A stretch of DNA of 64,000 nucleotides from an uncultured Clostridia bacterium (lineage in GTDB: Bacteria > Bacillota > Clostridia > TANB77 > CAG-508). Both the position numbers and the translations under genes were made by a program. The stretch is taken from NCBI GenBank assembly GCA_904387305.1, contig CAJFLB010000013.1:195-64194 (forward strand). The letters run 5' to 3'. The notes under the pieces were generated by a model, which did no database searches, was not told where the DNA came from, and was given only the letters and a program-made list of their open reading frames with translations. Below are positions 49,552 to 58,520 of the stretch, piece by piece. How positions within the stretch are numbered: position 1 is the first letter of the stretch; each line of letters begins with the position of its first letter.

Positions 49552-50184
49552 TTACTTATATAGTAAAATAATTCGATTTCCAACTTTTTCAATAAAGCCA
49601 TCTTCTTTTAACAATTTTAATTCTCTCATCATAGCACTTCTATCAACACTTAAATAATCAGCCAAATCCGTTAGAGAAAAAGGAAGTTCAAAGGAAGTAC
49701 TTAGTTTTCTAGTAGAAAGTAAAGAAAAATATCCAAGTAATTTATCTCTAGTAGATCTTTTGGTTAATAATTCAATTCTCATATTTAAATCTGTTACTTT
49801 ATTTAAAATCAATTGTGGTAAATTTTCGGACAAGGTTTGGTGAAATTTACAATTGTTTCTACATTTATGAAAAATATCATCATAGATATAGAAAAGAACA
49901 GTACAATTTGATTTTGCTTCAACTAACAACTCATTATTGGTCGTAATCGTATAAAATACCTCACCAAAAAGAGCATTTTTTGAAAAATGTTCTACAATAG
50001 TTCGATTACCATTTAAGTCATAACGCACTAAATCGGCATTTCCATCTAATAATATACATAATTGATTTCGGTTTTTAATATAAGTTGTAACAACTTCATT
50101 TTTACTAAAGACTTTTTTTTGCTTTTTTTGACAAGAATTTGAAAAGTCAAGAATGAAATTTTCTATATCAAACTTAGTGTTCAC
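49552..50184 (-). CDS. Crp/Fnr family transcriptional regulator
   Basis: N-terminal cNMP-binding-like beta-roll (LFGEVF) and a C-terminal HTH (SLTDLADYLSVDRSAMMRELKLLKEDGFI). Confidence 0.8.
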   Translation of the reverse strand: MNTKFDIENFILDFSNSCQKKQKKVFSKNEVVTTYIKNRNQLCILLDGNADLVRYDLNGNRTIVEHFSKNALFGEVFYTITTNNELLVEAKSNCTVLFYIYDDIFHKCRNNCKFHQTLSENLPQLILNKVTDLNMRIELLTKRSTRDKLLGYFSLLSTRKLSTSFELPFSLTDLADYLSVDRSAMMRELKLLKEDGFIEKVGNRIILLYK

Positions 50185-50424
50185 GTTTTTTCCTCCTTTA
50201 AAATCACATAAGCATTATACAGTAAAAAAGTTGCAAAAGCAACAAAAGTTTAAAAATATTTTTGTAATATTTTTGTAACATATTTGTAACAAAACAAAAA
50301 ACTTAGAGGAGAAAGAGATTAAGAACTGTAAAAAGTTTTTTTTCATAATGTGTTGCTTTTGCAACGGAAAATAAAAATGGTAGAGGTATAATGTAACCAT
50401 ACTAATCGAAGGAGGAAATGTAAA

Positions 50425-52551
50425 ATGAAAGTTATTAAGAGGGATGGAAGAGCTGTTGATTATGACAGAGCAAAAATTCAAATAGCAATTGAGAAAGCAA
50501 ATCAAGAGGTAAAACCAAAAGAAAGAGCAAATAAAGAAGATATAAAAGGAATCATTCAATATATAGAAGATTTAAATAAAAAGAGAATGTTGGTTGAAGA
50601 TATCCAAGATATCATTGAAGAAAAATTAATGGAAATTGAAAAATATGAACTAGCAAAAAAATATATTGTATATAGATATACAAGAGCTTTAGTTAGAAAA
50701 CAAAATACAACAGATGAAACAATATTAGGATTAATCAGAAATGAAAATAAAGAACTAGCAGAAGAAAACTCAAACAAAAATACTTTACTTGCTTCAACAC
50801 AAAGAGATTACATTGCAGGTGAAGTATCAAGAGATCTAACTAGAAGATTATTATTACCAGAAAAAATTGCCAAAGCAGACGCTGATGGAGTTTTACATTT
50901 CCACGACGCCGATTATTTTGTACAACCAATCTTTAACTGTTGTTTAATTAATATATCAGATATGCTAGATAATGGAACTGTTATGAATGGAAAAATGATA
51001 GAAAGTCCAAAGAGCTTCCAAGTAGCGTGTACAGTTACAACACAAATTATTGCAGCAGTTGCAAGTAACCAATATGGTGGACAATCAGTAGATTTAAAAC
51101 ACTTAGGAAAATATTTAAGAAAAAGCTATAATAAATTTAAATCAGAGATAGAGAAAAAGTATAAAGGTAAATTATCTGACAATATAATAGAAGATTTAGT
51201 ACAAGATAGATTAAAGGCAGAATTAAAAGCAGGTGTACAAACCATTCAATATCAAATCAATACATTAATGACAACCAATGGACAATCTCCATTTGTAACT
51301 TTATTCTTACATCTAGAAGAGGGAGATCCATATATCAAAGAAAATGCCATGATTATTGAAGAAGTATTAAGACAAAGATATCAAGGTATTAAAAATGAAG
51401 CAGGTATATATGTTACACCAGCATTCCCAAAACTAGTATATGTATTAGATGAATGTAACTGCTTAAAAGGTGGAGAATATGATTATTTAACAAAATTAGC
51501 TGTTAAATGTTCAGCAAAGAGAATGTATCCAGATTATATTTCAGCTAAGAAAATGAGAGAAAACTATGAAGGTAATGTCTTTAGCCCAATGGGATGCAGA
51601 AGTTTCTTATCACCTTGGAAAGATGAAAATGGAAATTACAAATTTGAAGGAAGATTTAATCAAGGTGTTGTTAGTATCAACTTACCACAAGTAGCCATTG
51701 TTGCAGATGGTGATGAAGATAAATTCTGGAAATTATTAGATGAAAGACTAGAACTATGTAAAGAAGCTTTAATGTGTAGACATTATGCATTACTTGGAAC
51801 ACATTCAGATATTAGCCCAATTCACTGGCAATATGGAGCTATTGCAAGATTAGCAAAAGGTGAAAAAATAGATAAATTATTATATGGTGGATATTCAACC
51901 ATTTCACTAGGATATATTGGTGTATATGAAATGACAAAAGTTATGAAAGGAGTATCACACACAACACCAGAAGGACATGATTTTGCAATTAGAGTTATGA
52001 GACATTTAAGAGAAACTGTTAATAAATGGAAAGCAGAAACAAATATTGGATTCGCATTATATGGAACACCAGCAGAAAGTTTATGCTACAAATTTGCTAG
52101 AATTGATAAAGAAAAATTTGGAACAATTAAAGATGTAACAGATAAAGGATATTACACAAATTCATATCATGTAGATGTAAGGGAAAAAATTGATGCATTT
52201 GAAAAACTAGGATTTGAAAGTGAATTCCAAAAAATATCTTCAGGTGGAGCAATTTCATATATTGAAATACCAAATATGCAAAAAAATATTGATGCATTAG
52301 AAACAGCTGTTAAATTTATCTATGATAATATTCAATATGCTGAATTTAATACAAAATCAGATTATTGCCATGTTTGTGGATTTGATGGAGAGATTATCTT
52401 AAATAAAGATAATGAATGGGAATGTCCAAACTGTGGAAATAAAGATCATTCAAAAATGACAGTTGTTAGAAGAACTTGTGGATATTTAGGAGAAAACTTC
52501 TGGAATGCAGGAAAAACAAAAGAAATCAAACAAAGAGTAATGCATTTATAA
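50425..52551 (+). CDS. nrdD: anaerobic ribonucleoside-triphosphate reductase
   Basis: ATP-cone N-terminus (MKVIKRDGRAVDYDRAKI), a C-terminal CHVCG...CPNCG zinc site and the glycyl-radical motif RRTCGYLG. Confidence 0.95.
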   Translation: MKVIKRDGRAVDYDRAKIQIAIEKANQEVKPKERANKEDIKGIIQYIEDLNKKRMLVEDIQDIIEEKLMEIEKYELAKKYIVYRYTRALVRKQNTTDETILGLIRNENKELAEENSNKNTLLASTQRDYIAGEVSRDLTRRLLLPEKIAKADADGVLHFHDADYFVQPIFNCCLINISDMLDNGTVMNGKMIESPKSFQVACTVTTQIIAAVASNQYGGQSVDLKHLGKYLRKSYNKFKSEIEKKYKGKLSDNIIEDLVQDRLKAELKAGVQTIQYQINTLMTTNGQSPFVTLFLHLEEGDPYIKENAMIIEEVLRQRYQGIKNEAGIYVTPAFPKLVYVLDECNCLKGGEYDYLTKLAVKCSAKRMYPDYISAKKMRENYEGNVFSPMGCRSFLSPWKDENGNYKFEGRFNQGVVSINLPQVAIVADGDEDKFWKLLDERLELCKEALMCRHYALLGTHSDISPIHWQYGAIARLAKGEKIDKLLYGGYSTISLGYIGVYEMTKVMKGVSHTTPEGHDFAIRVMRHLRETVNKWKAETNIGFALYGTPAESLCYKFARIDKEKFGTIKDVTDKGYYTNSYHVDVREKIDAFEKLGFESEFQKISSGGAISYIEIPNMQKNIDALETAVKFIYDNIQYAEFNTKSDYCHVCGFDGEIILNKDNEWECPNCGNKDHSKMTVVRRTCGYLGENFWNAGKTKEIKQRVMHL

Positions 52552-52574
52552 GTAGATTTTTTCTATACAATAAT

Positions 52575-52605
52575 AAAAAAGGGAATATCCAATTCCCTTT
52601 TTTAT
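52575..52605 (+). terminator. rho-independent terminator or attenuator after nrdD
   Basis: GGGAAT / ATTCCC stem followed by TTTTTTATT. Confidence 0.8.
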
Positions 52606-52719
52606 TCTCAAAGACAACAAGATTATGGATCACTCGGCGGAGATTTTTGATTATTAACTATGTCGAGTCAGGTTCTTATTTCCAATAAAATACCAAAATG
52701 GAGAAAAGAGGGATAGAAT

Positions 52720-53241
52720 ATGAATTATGCAGATATAAAAAGAGTAGATGTAGCAAATGGAGAAGGTGTTAGAGTATCCGTATTTGTAAGTGGTTGTAAT
52801 CATCATTGTAAAGGATGTTTTAATGAATGTGCATGGGATTTCAATTATGGCAATAAATTTACAGATGAACAAATAGATCAAGTAATTAATTATTTAGACC
52901 ATGATTATATTTCAGGACTATCTCTTTTAGGAGGAGAGCCTTTAGAAAAACAAAATCAAGAAGGACTTTTACCATTAGTCAAAAAAGTAAAAGAAAAATT
53001 CCCTGACAAAAATATATGGTGTTATACAGGCTTCGATTTTGAAAAAGATGTGGTAGAAAAAATGGCTCCTAATAATGAAACTACAAAAGAGCTTTTGAAA
53101 TATATAGATGTAATGGTAGATGGAAAATTTGAAGAAGAAAAAAAGGATTTAAGTCTTAGATTTAGAGGTTCTTCAAATCAAAGAATCCTAGACGTTCAAG
53201 AGAGTTTAAAAGAACATAAACCAGTAGAATTTAAATTGTAA
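52720..53241 (+). CDS. nrdG: anaerobic ribonucleotide reductase activating protein (radical SAM)
   Basis: VANGEGVRVSVFVSGCNHHCKGCFN cluster motif, 173 aa. Confidence 0.92.
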   Translation: MNYADIKRVDVANGEGVRVSVFVSGCNHHCKGCFNECAWDFNYGNKFTDEQIDQVINYLDHDYISGLSLLGGEPLEKQNQEGLLPLVKKVKEKFPDKNIWCYTGFDFEKDVVEKMAPNNETTKELLKYIDVMVDGKFEEEKKDLSLRFRGSSNQRILDVQESLKEHKPVEFKL

Positions 53242-53250
53242 AAGGGATTT

Positions 53251-53281
53251 TGTCCAATTGGGGACGTTTCTGTTTGGGACA
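53251..53281 (+). repeat. 31-bp GGGAC element, left copy of a nearly empty inverted pair (18-bp spacer)
   Basis: TGTCCAATTGGGGACGTTTCTGTTTGGGACA. Confidence 0.92.
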
Positions 53282-53299
53282 TTTTTAATTTTATAAAAA

Positions 53300-53330
53300 T
53301 ATCCCAAACAGAAACGTCCCCAATTGGACA
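53300..53330 (-). repeat. 31-bp GGGAC element, right copy (one mismatch), abutting the gatD stop codon
   Basis: TATCCCAAACAGAAACGTCCCCAATTGGACA. Confidence 0.9.
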
Positions 53331-54071
53331 TTAATTCAAAAATCTATCTAACAATTGTTTTCTACATAAATTTTCAAATTCGTCATTTAAAGGTTCTAAA
53401 GTAATATCTTCTTGATATTTTCTATCTAAGCAATGTTTAATAATATAATCTGTCAATTCGGGATTTTTAGCAAGAAGAGGACCGTGCAAATAAGTAGCAA
53501 TGACATTTTCTTTAAAAAATCCTTCTTCTGCATCACCAAATTTATTTCCATTTCCAAATAAAACTTTTCCGAAAGGAGTGGGAATATCATAAGTTTGTCC
53601 ACCATGATTTTCAAAGCCAATGACTTTTGTTTCTTGTCCATTTAGAGTAACATTAAGGACAATATTTCCAATGCATCTTTTTTTTCTATCTGCGATAGCT
53701 TCTGTATAATATGGAAATACTTCTAAACCAGGAATCATATTTCCTTCAACACCTTTATAATATTTACCAAATAGTTGGTAAGCACCACAAATTAGTAAAA
53801 AGAATACACCTTCATTTTCAGCTTCTTTAATTTCTTCTTTATATTTAAGTAAATCTTCTGATAAAATACTTTGTTCATTATCAGCACCGCCACCTGCAAA
53901 GATGATATCATAACTTTTAAAATCTGGTTTTTCATCACCAATAGAATATCTATCAACAATACAGTTAAATCCACGTTTTTCAAGTCTATATTTTAATACT
54001 TGTATGTTTCCATAATCACCATATAATTCTAACATGTCAGGGTATAGGTATAGTATTTTTAATTCTTTCAT
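53331..54071 (-). CDS. gatD: lipid II isoglutaminyl synthase, glutaminase subunit (CobQ-like amidotransferase GatD)
   Basis: LYLYPDMLELYGDYGNIQVL, a GGG.DNEQ motif, a catalytic Cys (LLICGAYQ), and pairing with murT upstream. Confidence 0.85.
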   Translation of the reverse strand: MKELKILYLYPDMLELYGDYGNIQVLKYRLEKRGFNCIVDRYSIGDEKPDFKSYDIIFAGGGADNEQSILSEDLLKYKEEIKEAENEGVFFLLICGAYQLFGKYYKGVEGNMIPGLEVFPYYTEAIADRKKRCIGNIVLNVTLNGQETKVIGFENHGGQTYDIPTPFGKVLFGNGNKFGDAEEGFFKENVIATYLHGPLLAKNPELTDYIIKHCLDRKYQEDITLEPLNDEFENLCRKQLLDRFLN

Positions 54072-54130
54072 GATATTTTCAACTCCTATTTGTATAACTT
54101 TTTTCTAAATTAACAATTGCCAATTTATAT

Positions 54131-55447
54131 TTATTTTAATTTTAAAATTTCTGTTCTAGTAGGTTGTAAAGAAGTATAATTTGCAATAACATATTTTTTT
54201 GTTGTGTTGGTATATAAAGACTTTACAGCTTGTTCTAAGTCTAGATAGGCTTCAATTTTATTTGCATCAAATCCAGCTGTTTTAATTCTAATAGCAATAT
54301 CATAACCTCTTGTTCCAGCAGTTACAATTCTTTTTACATTGTTTAAAGTATCGAAATTAATATCCCAAATCCAAGAAACATCAAAACCATCGGCTTTGTT
54401 ATCATTTAAAACAAATAATAATTCTTTTTCTTCATCATCTTCATTTAATAATCGTAAACTCACATTAGCACCTGTTGGATTTTTGGCTAAATTTATAATG
54501 GTAGGGGCATCTTTAATCACTAATTTTTCTAATCTACCATTATTCAATTCAAAGTTTGCCAAGGCTTTTTGTATATATTTTATATCGATATTATATAAAG
54601 AACAACAGCTAATGACAGCTGTGAAATTATAGATAATATAGATACTATTTGATTTAATTTTATATAAATTGTTATCTACTTCAAAAGTCATATCATTAAG
54701 ATTTATATTTTTAGTCTCTTTATAGATTTCATTATTACCATATCCACAATCTGGGCATACAAATTTTCCAATATGGGAATATTGATAATATTCATATTCC
54801 AAACGTGTTTTACAAAATGGACAGAATTTTCCTTCTCCAGCTTCTTTCATATCATCTGTTGCATATGGATATCTATCAACATGGAAATAATAGATATTTT
54901 GATTATCTGGATTTGCCATTCCTAATCTTGCAACATTTGGATCATCATTATTTAAAATTAAATTACCAGTATAGTTCTTTAGAAAATCATTGATTTTTAA
55001 GATTAAAGATTCTACTTCACCATTTCTGTCTAATTGGTCTCTAAAGAAATCTAATATAACTAAAGTATCTAATCGAAAATCTTTAAAGACAACTGGTACA
55101 TAGCCTTCGTCTACTTCGAAAACTAAAAAATCTGCTTTTATCTTTCCTGTTAAAGTACATGTTTTTAATAAAGTAGAAAGAATGCCAGTTTCCATATTAT
55201 TTCCTTCTTTATTACTAATTACCTTTTTCCCAGCAGTTTGAAAAACATATCCAATGGCATTATTTGTCATAGTTTTTCCATTTGTTGCGGTAATAGCAAT
55301 AACAGGGCAGTCTACTTTGAAATATTTGAAAATTTCTGGATTCCAATCAAAAGCGATTTTTCCTAAAAAGTTACCTCCATGTTTTCCAAATAATTTTAAT
55401 ACAATATTTAATAGCTTCATTGCAAATACAATAAAAAAGTTTTTCAT
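54131..55447 (-). CDS. murT: lipid II isoglutaminyl synthase, Mur ligase-family subunit MurT
   Basis: ITATNGKTMT P-loop, a Cys4 ribbon (CPFCKTRLEY...CPDCGY) and a C-terminal DUF1727-like region. Confidence 0.85.
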   Translation of the reverse strand: MKNFFIVFAMKLLNIVLKLFGKHGGNFLGKIAFDWNPEIFKYFKVDCPVIAITATNGKTMTNNAIGYVFQTAGKKVISNKEGNNMETGILSTLLKTCTLTGKIKADFLVFEVDEGYVPVVFKDFRLDTLVILDFFRDQLDRNGEVESLILKINDFLKNYTGNLILNNDDPNVARLGMANPDNQNIYYFHVDRYPYATDDMKEAGEGKFCPFCKTRLEYEYYQYSHIGKFVCPDCGYGNNEIYKETKNINLNDMTFEVDNNLYKIKSNSIYIIYNFTAVISCCSLYNIDIKYIQKALANFELNNGRLEKLVIKDAPTIINLAKNPTGANVSLRLLNEDDEEKELLFVLNDNKADGFDVSWIWDINFDTLNNVKRIVTAGTRGYDIAIRIKTAGFDANKIEAYLDLEQAVKSLYTNTTKKYVIANYTSLQPTRTEILKLK

Positions 55448-55660
55448 TTGTCATGCTCCTTTAAAAAATTTATATTTGCATTATAGCACAACAAAGAAAA
55501 AAGATAAAGTTTTCTGAGTTTTTTAGAAATATAAATGAAAAGAAAATAAAAAAGATAAAAATAAAGATTAAGATTAATGTCATATATAATAAATAAGAGA
55601 TAAAATCATATAAAAATATTAATACAAAATTAAAAAAATAAGATTAAAAATAAGAAATAA

Positions 55661-55910
55661 TTATTTATAGATTTGACCTCTGTTGGAGGCTTTGGTTACA
55701 AGAATAATAAGATTGTTTTGATTTAATTCAAATATAATTCTGTAAGAACCGTATACGCAGTCTATATGTATCTTTACAACCTACCATTTTCTTAACATCT
55801 CCATTTGGCAGGTTGTAAATAGCGGTATAAATTCTGAGTCTTTGTGATTTATCCTGCTTTTCAATAAATTTAAGAGCTTTGGGTCTAATTTTTATCTTGT
55901 AAGTCATCAA
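55661..55910 (-). CDS. relE: RelE/ParE-family toxin; the frame changes +1 at an in-frame CGG (extra C is the complement of 55751). The track ORF 55728..55910 is the upstream segment.
   Basis: The upstream segment ends ...GCKDTYRLRI. Skipping one C continues GSYRIIFELNQNNLIILVTKASNRGQIYK and a stop at 55661-55663. This restores the family core YRLRIG.YRIIF and a normal 82-aa length. Confidence 0.7.
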
Positions 55911-56181
55911 AGGTCAACCCCTCTCTTTTTAGGATTTCTTCAAAAGATATTGCGTTTTTTTCTTCATTTTCTTTTGTTTTTTGATTTTCATTCAAATAGT
56001 CTAAATACATTACTTTTTCGGTGATATCCATGTTATCCAAAATAACAGTTGGTTCTAATCTTAATAGTTCTGAATCAATTGCTTTTTCCATTAAAATTTT
56101 GATAGAAGTTAAACATTCTATACTTAATCTAGGTGTCATTTTTATAACATCTTTTATAGCTTGAAGTTGTGCATCAGACAT
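55885..56181 (-). CDS. antitoxin of the RelE/ParE-type module
   Basis: Small acidic protein immediately upstream of and overlapping the toxin gene. GGAG RBS before MSDAQLQAIKDV. Confidence 0.6.
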   Translation of the reverse strand: MSDAQLQAIKDVIKMTPRLSIECLTSIKILMEKAIDSELLRLEPTVILDNMDITEKVMYLDYLNENQKTKENEEKNAISFEEILKREGLTFDDLQDKN

Positions 56182-56380
56182 AATAATCATCTCCTTTCTG
56201 TGTTATGTAACCACATTATAGCAAGATTAAAATGAAATTACAATATATTAACAAAATTTAAATGGAAAATCAGAAATAGCTAAAGTTTATTACTTGAAAA
56301 ACGAAATAAAAAAATATATAATGCAAAGGACAGAAATAAGTCATTTTTTATAATATAAGAAATTTACAAGGAGATTAACA

Positions 56381-57187
56381 ATGATATATTTCAATAGTGA
56401 AAAAAAGATAAATGAATTAAAACAGAAAATAAATAAAGATAATATATGTGTGTTTATGGATTATGATAAGACGATTACATCAAGTGAAAGTGAAGATTCT
56501 TGGGATGCTAGTGCTAATAAAGAGGTGATGGGGGAGAAAATCATCAAGGATTTAAATAAATATTACGAAAAATATGGAATAATAGAATTTGATTATCATA
56601 TAGATAAAAATAAAAGAGAAAAATATATAATTGAATGGTATGACAAATGTATGGATTTGTATTATCATTATGGATTAACTAAAGAGAAATTAAAAAAGTC
56701 TATTAATAATAGTAAATTAATATTAAGAGAAGGTGCAAAAGATTTTCTTTTTAAGTTATATGAAAATAATGTACCAGTGATCATATTTTCAGCAGGAATT
56801 GGAAATGTGATAGAACAATTTTTGAGAAATGAAAAATGCTATTATGGCAATATAACGATAATTGGTAATTTTATGAAATTTGATGAAAATGGAAATATAA
56901 TGAAGTTTTCTGATAATATGATTCATAGTTTAAATAAAAATATAGATAAATTAAGTGATTATAAGTTAAAAGAAAAAATAGAAGAAAAAGAATATAGAAT
57001 TGTGATAGGAGATTTAGTTGAAGATATTAATATGATGGGAAAATATCCAGAAGATAAATCTTTAAAAATAGGATTTTTAAATAAAAATATTACTAAAAAT
57101 TTAGAAGTGTATAGAAAAAAATTTGATATTGTTTTGACAGAAGAGAATAGTTTTTATGATATAGAAAAATATATAAATATTATTTAA
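56381..57187 (+). CDS. HAD-superfamily hydrolase resembling pyrimidine 5'-nucleotidase (UMPH-1 type)
   Basis: DYDKTIT (DxDxT motif I), IFSAGIGNVIEQ and GDLVEDINM motifs. Confidence 0.5.
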   Translation: MIYFNSEKKINELKQKINKDNICVFMDYDKTITSSESEDSWDASANKEVMGEKIIKDLNKYYEKYGIIEFDYHIDKNKREKYIIEWYDKCMDLYYHYGLTKEKLKKSINNSKLILREGAKDFLFKLYENNVPVIIFSAGIGNVIEQFLRNEKCYYGNITIIGNFMKFDENGNIMKFSDNMIHSLNKNIDKLSDYKLKEKIEEKEYRIVIGDLVEDINMMGKYPEDKSLKIGFLNKNITKNLEVYRKKFDIVLTEENSFYDIEKYINII

Positions 57188-57210
57188 TAAAGTGAAAGAA
57201 GGAAGTACAT

Positions 57211-57723
57211 ATGGAAATAGAAGAAATAGAAAAAAATAGTGATAATAAAGAAATTATATTGCAAGCAGTAAGAGAAAGTGGAAAGAACCTAGAACTAGCA
57301 TCAGAAGAATTGCAAGATGATAAAGAAGTCGTAATGGAAGCATTAAAGCAAGATGGAGAAGCTTTAGAATTTGCAAGTACAAGATTAAAGGGAGATAAAG
57401 AAGTTTTACAATTAGCGACTAAAACTGCACCTTGGACAATTTGTTATGCGTCAGAGGAATTGGCAGGTGATAAAGAGATTATGTTAGAATGCTGTAAACA
57501 TTATGGACAAGCTTTATATTATGCATCAGAAGAATTACGAGATGACAAAGAAGTAGTAAAAGCAGCAGTAGAGAATAAAGGCATTATTATCAAATATGCT
57601 AGTAAACGATTAATTGATGATAAAGAATTAGCAGAAATTGCTGTGAAACAGAATAAACAAGCTTATCATTTTATATCAAATAAATTAAAGCAAAGTGAAG
57701 AGATTAAAAAGTTAATGGAATAA
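57211..57723 (+). CDS. DUF4116 repeat protein
   Basis: Five to six repeats of the form A...G..L.(F/Y)AS.EL..DKE(V/I). Confidence 0.7.
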   Translation: MEIEEIEKNSDNKEIILQAVRESGKNLELASEELQDDKEVVMEALKQDGEALEFASTRLKGDKEVLQLATKTAPWTICYASEELAGDKEIMLECCKHYGQALYYASEELRDDKEVVKAAVENKGIIIKYASKRLIDDKELAEIAVKQNKQAYHFISNKLKQSEEIKKLME

Positions 57724-57848
57724 GAAAAGTGGTATCAGAAAATGATATCATTTTTTTCTATATAGGGGTTGAAATTTATAATAATATATCTTAGAATATA
57801 TGATAATTAAAAATCAAAAACTAGCCAAGGAAGAAAGGAATGAGGTTT

Positions 57849-58391
57849 ATGAAAGTGTTAGTTGTATCAGATATCCATGGTTCAGGATATTATGCAGACA
57901 AATTAAAAGAAATTATAAAAAGAGAGAAACCAGAAAAAATAGTAGTATTAGGAGATTTATACTACCATGGACCTAGAAATCCATTAACAGAAGAATATGA
58001 TCCAAAAAAAGTAGCGAGAGTATTAAATAGTGTAAAAGATAAGCTAGAAGTTGTAAGAGGAAATTGTGATGCAGAAGTAGACCAAATGATTTCTGAGTTT
58101 GAAATAAAGGAAAATATATTGGAAAAAATTAATGGAAAGAACGTATTTTTTACACATGGACATAAATACAATATAGATAATTTACCAACAGAAGATTTTG
58201 ATATTATGTTTTATGGACATTTCCATACATGCTTTATTAAAAAATATGATAATCAATTATTTGTAAATCCAGGATCTATTACATTACCAAAAGAGAATAC
58301 ACCACATACATATGTAATCATGGATGACAAAGACATAGAAATAAGAGATGTTGACGGAAAAGTTGTAGATGGATATAGATATAAAGGATAG
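57849..58391 (+). CDS. YfcE/MJ0936-family metallophosphoesterase
   Basis: MKVLVVSDIHGS, GDLYYHGPRN, VRGNCD, THGH, GHFH motifs. Confidence 0.85.
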   Translation: MKVLVVSDIHGSGYYADKLKEIIKREKPEKIVVLGDLYYHGPRNPLTEEYDPKKVARVLNSVKDKLEVVRGNCDAEVDQMISEFEIKENILEKINGKNVFFTHGHKYNIDNLPTEDFDIMFYGHFHTCFIKKYDNQLFVNPGSITLPKENTPHTYVIMDDKDIEIRDVDGKVVDGYRYKG

Positions 58392-58395
58392 TGTT

Positions 58396-58517
58396 CAATT
58401 GGGGTCGGGGTCATTGGGACCAGATCTGTTGGGACCAGATCTGTTTGGACCCACTTGGAACCAATAGGTCCAAGTGGGTCCAAACAGATCTGGTCCCAAT
58501 GACCCCGACCTCAATTG
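58396..58517. repeat. 122-bp imperfect palindrome related to the 31-bp GGGAC element, with an internal 15-bp tandem duplication (58426-58455)
   Basis: CAATTGGGGTCGGGGTCATTGGGACCAGATCTGTT[GGGACCAGATCTGTT]TGGACCCACTTGGAACC pairs with GGTCCAAGTGGGTCCAAACAGATCTGGTCCCAATGACCCCGACCTCAATTG. It lies between convergent stop codons. Confidence 0.88.
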
Positions 58518-58520
58518 TTA

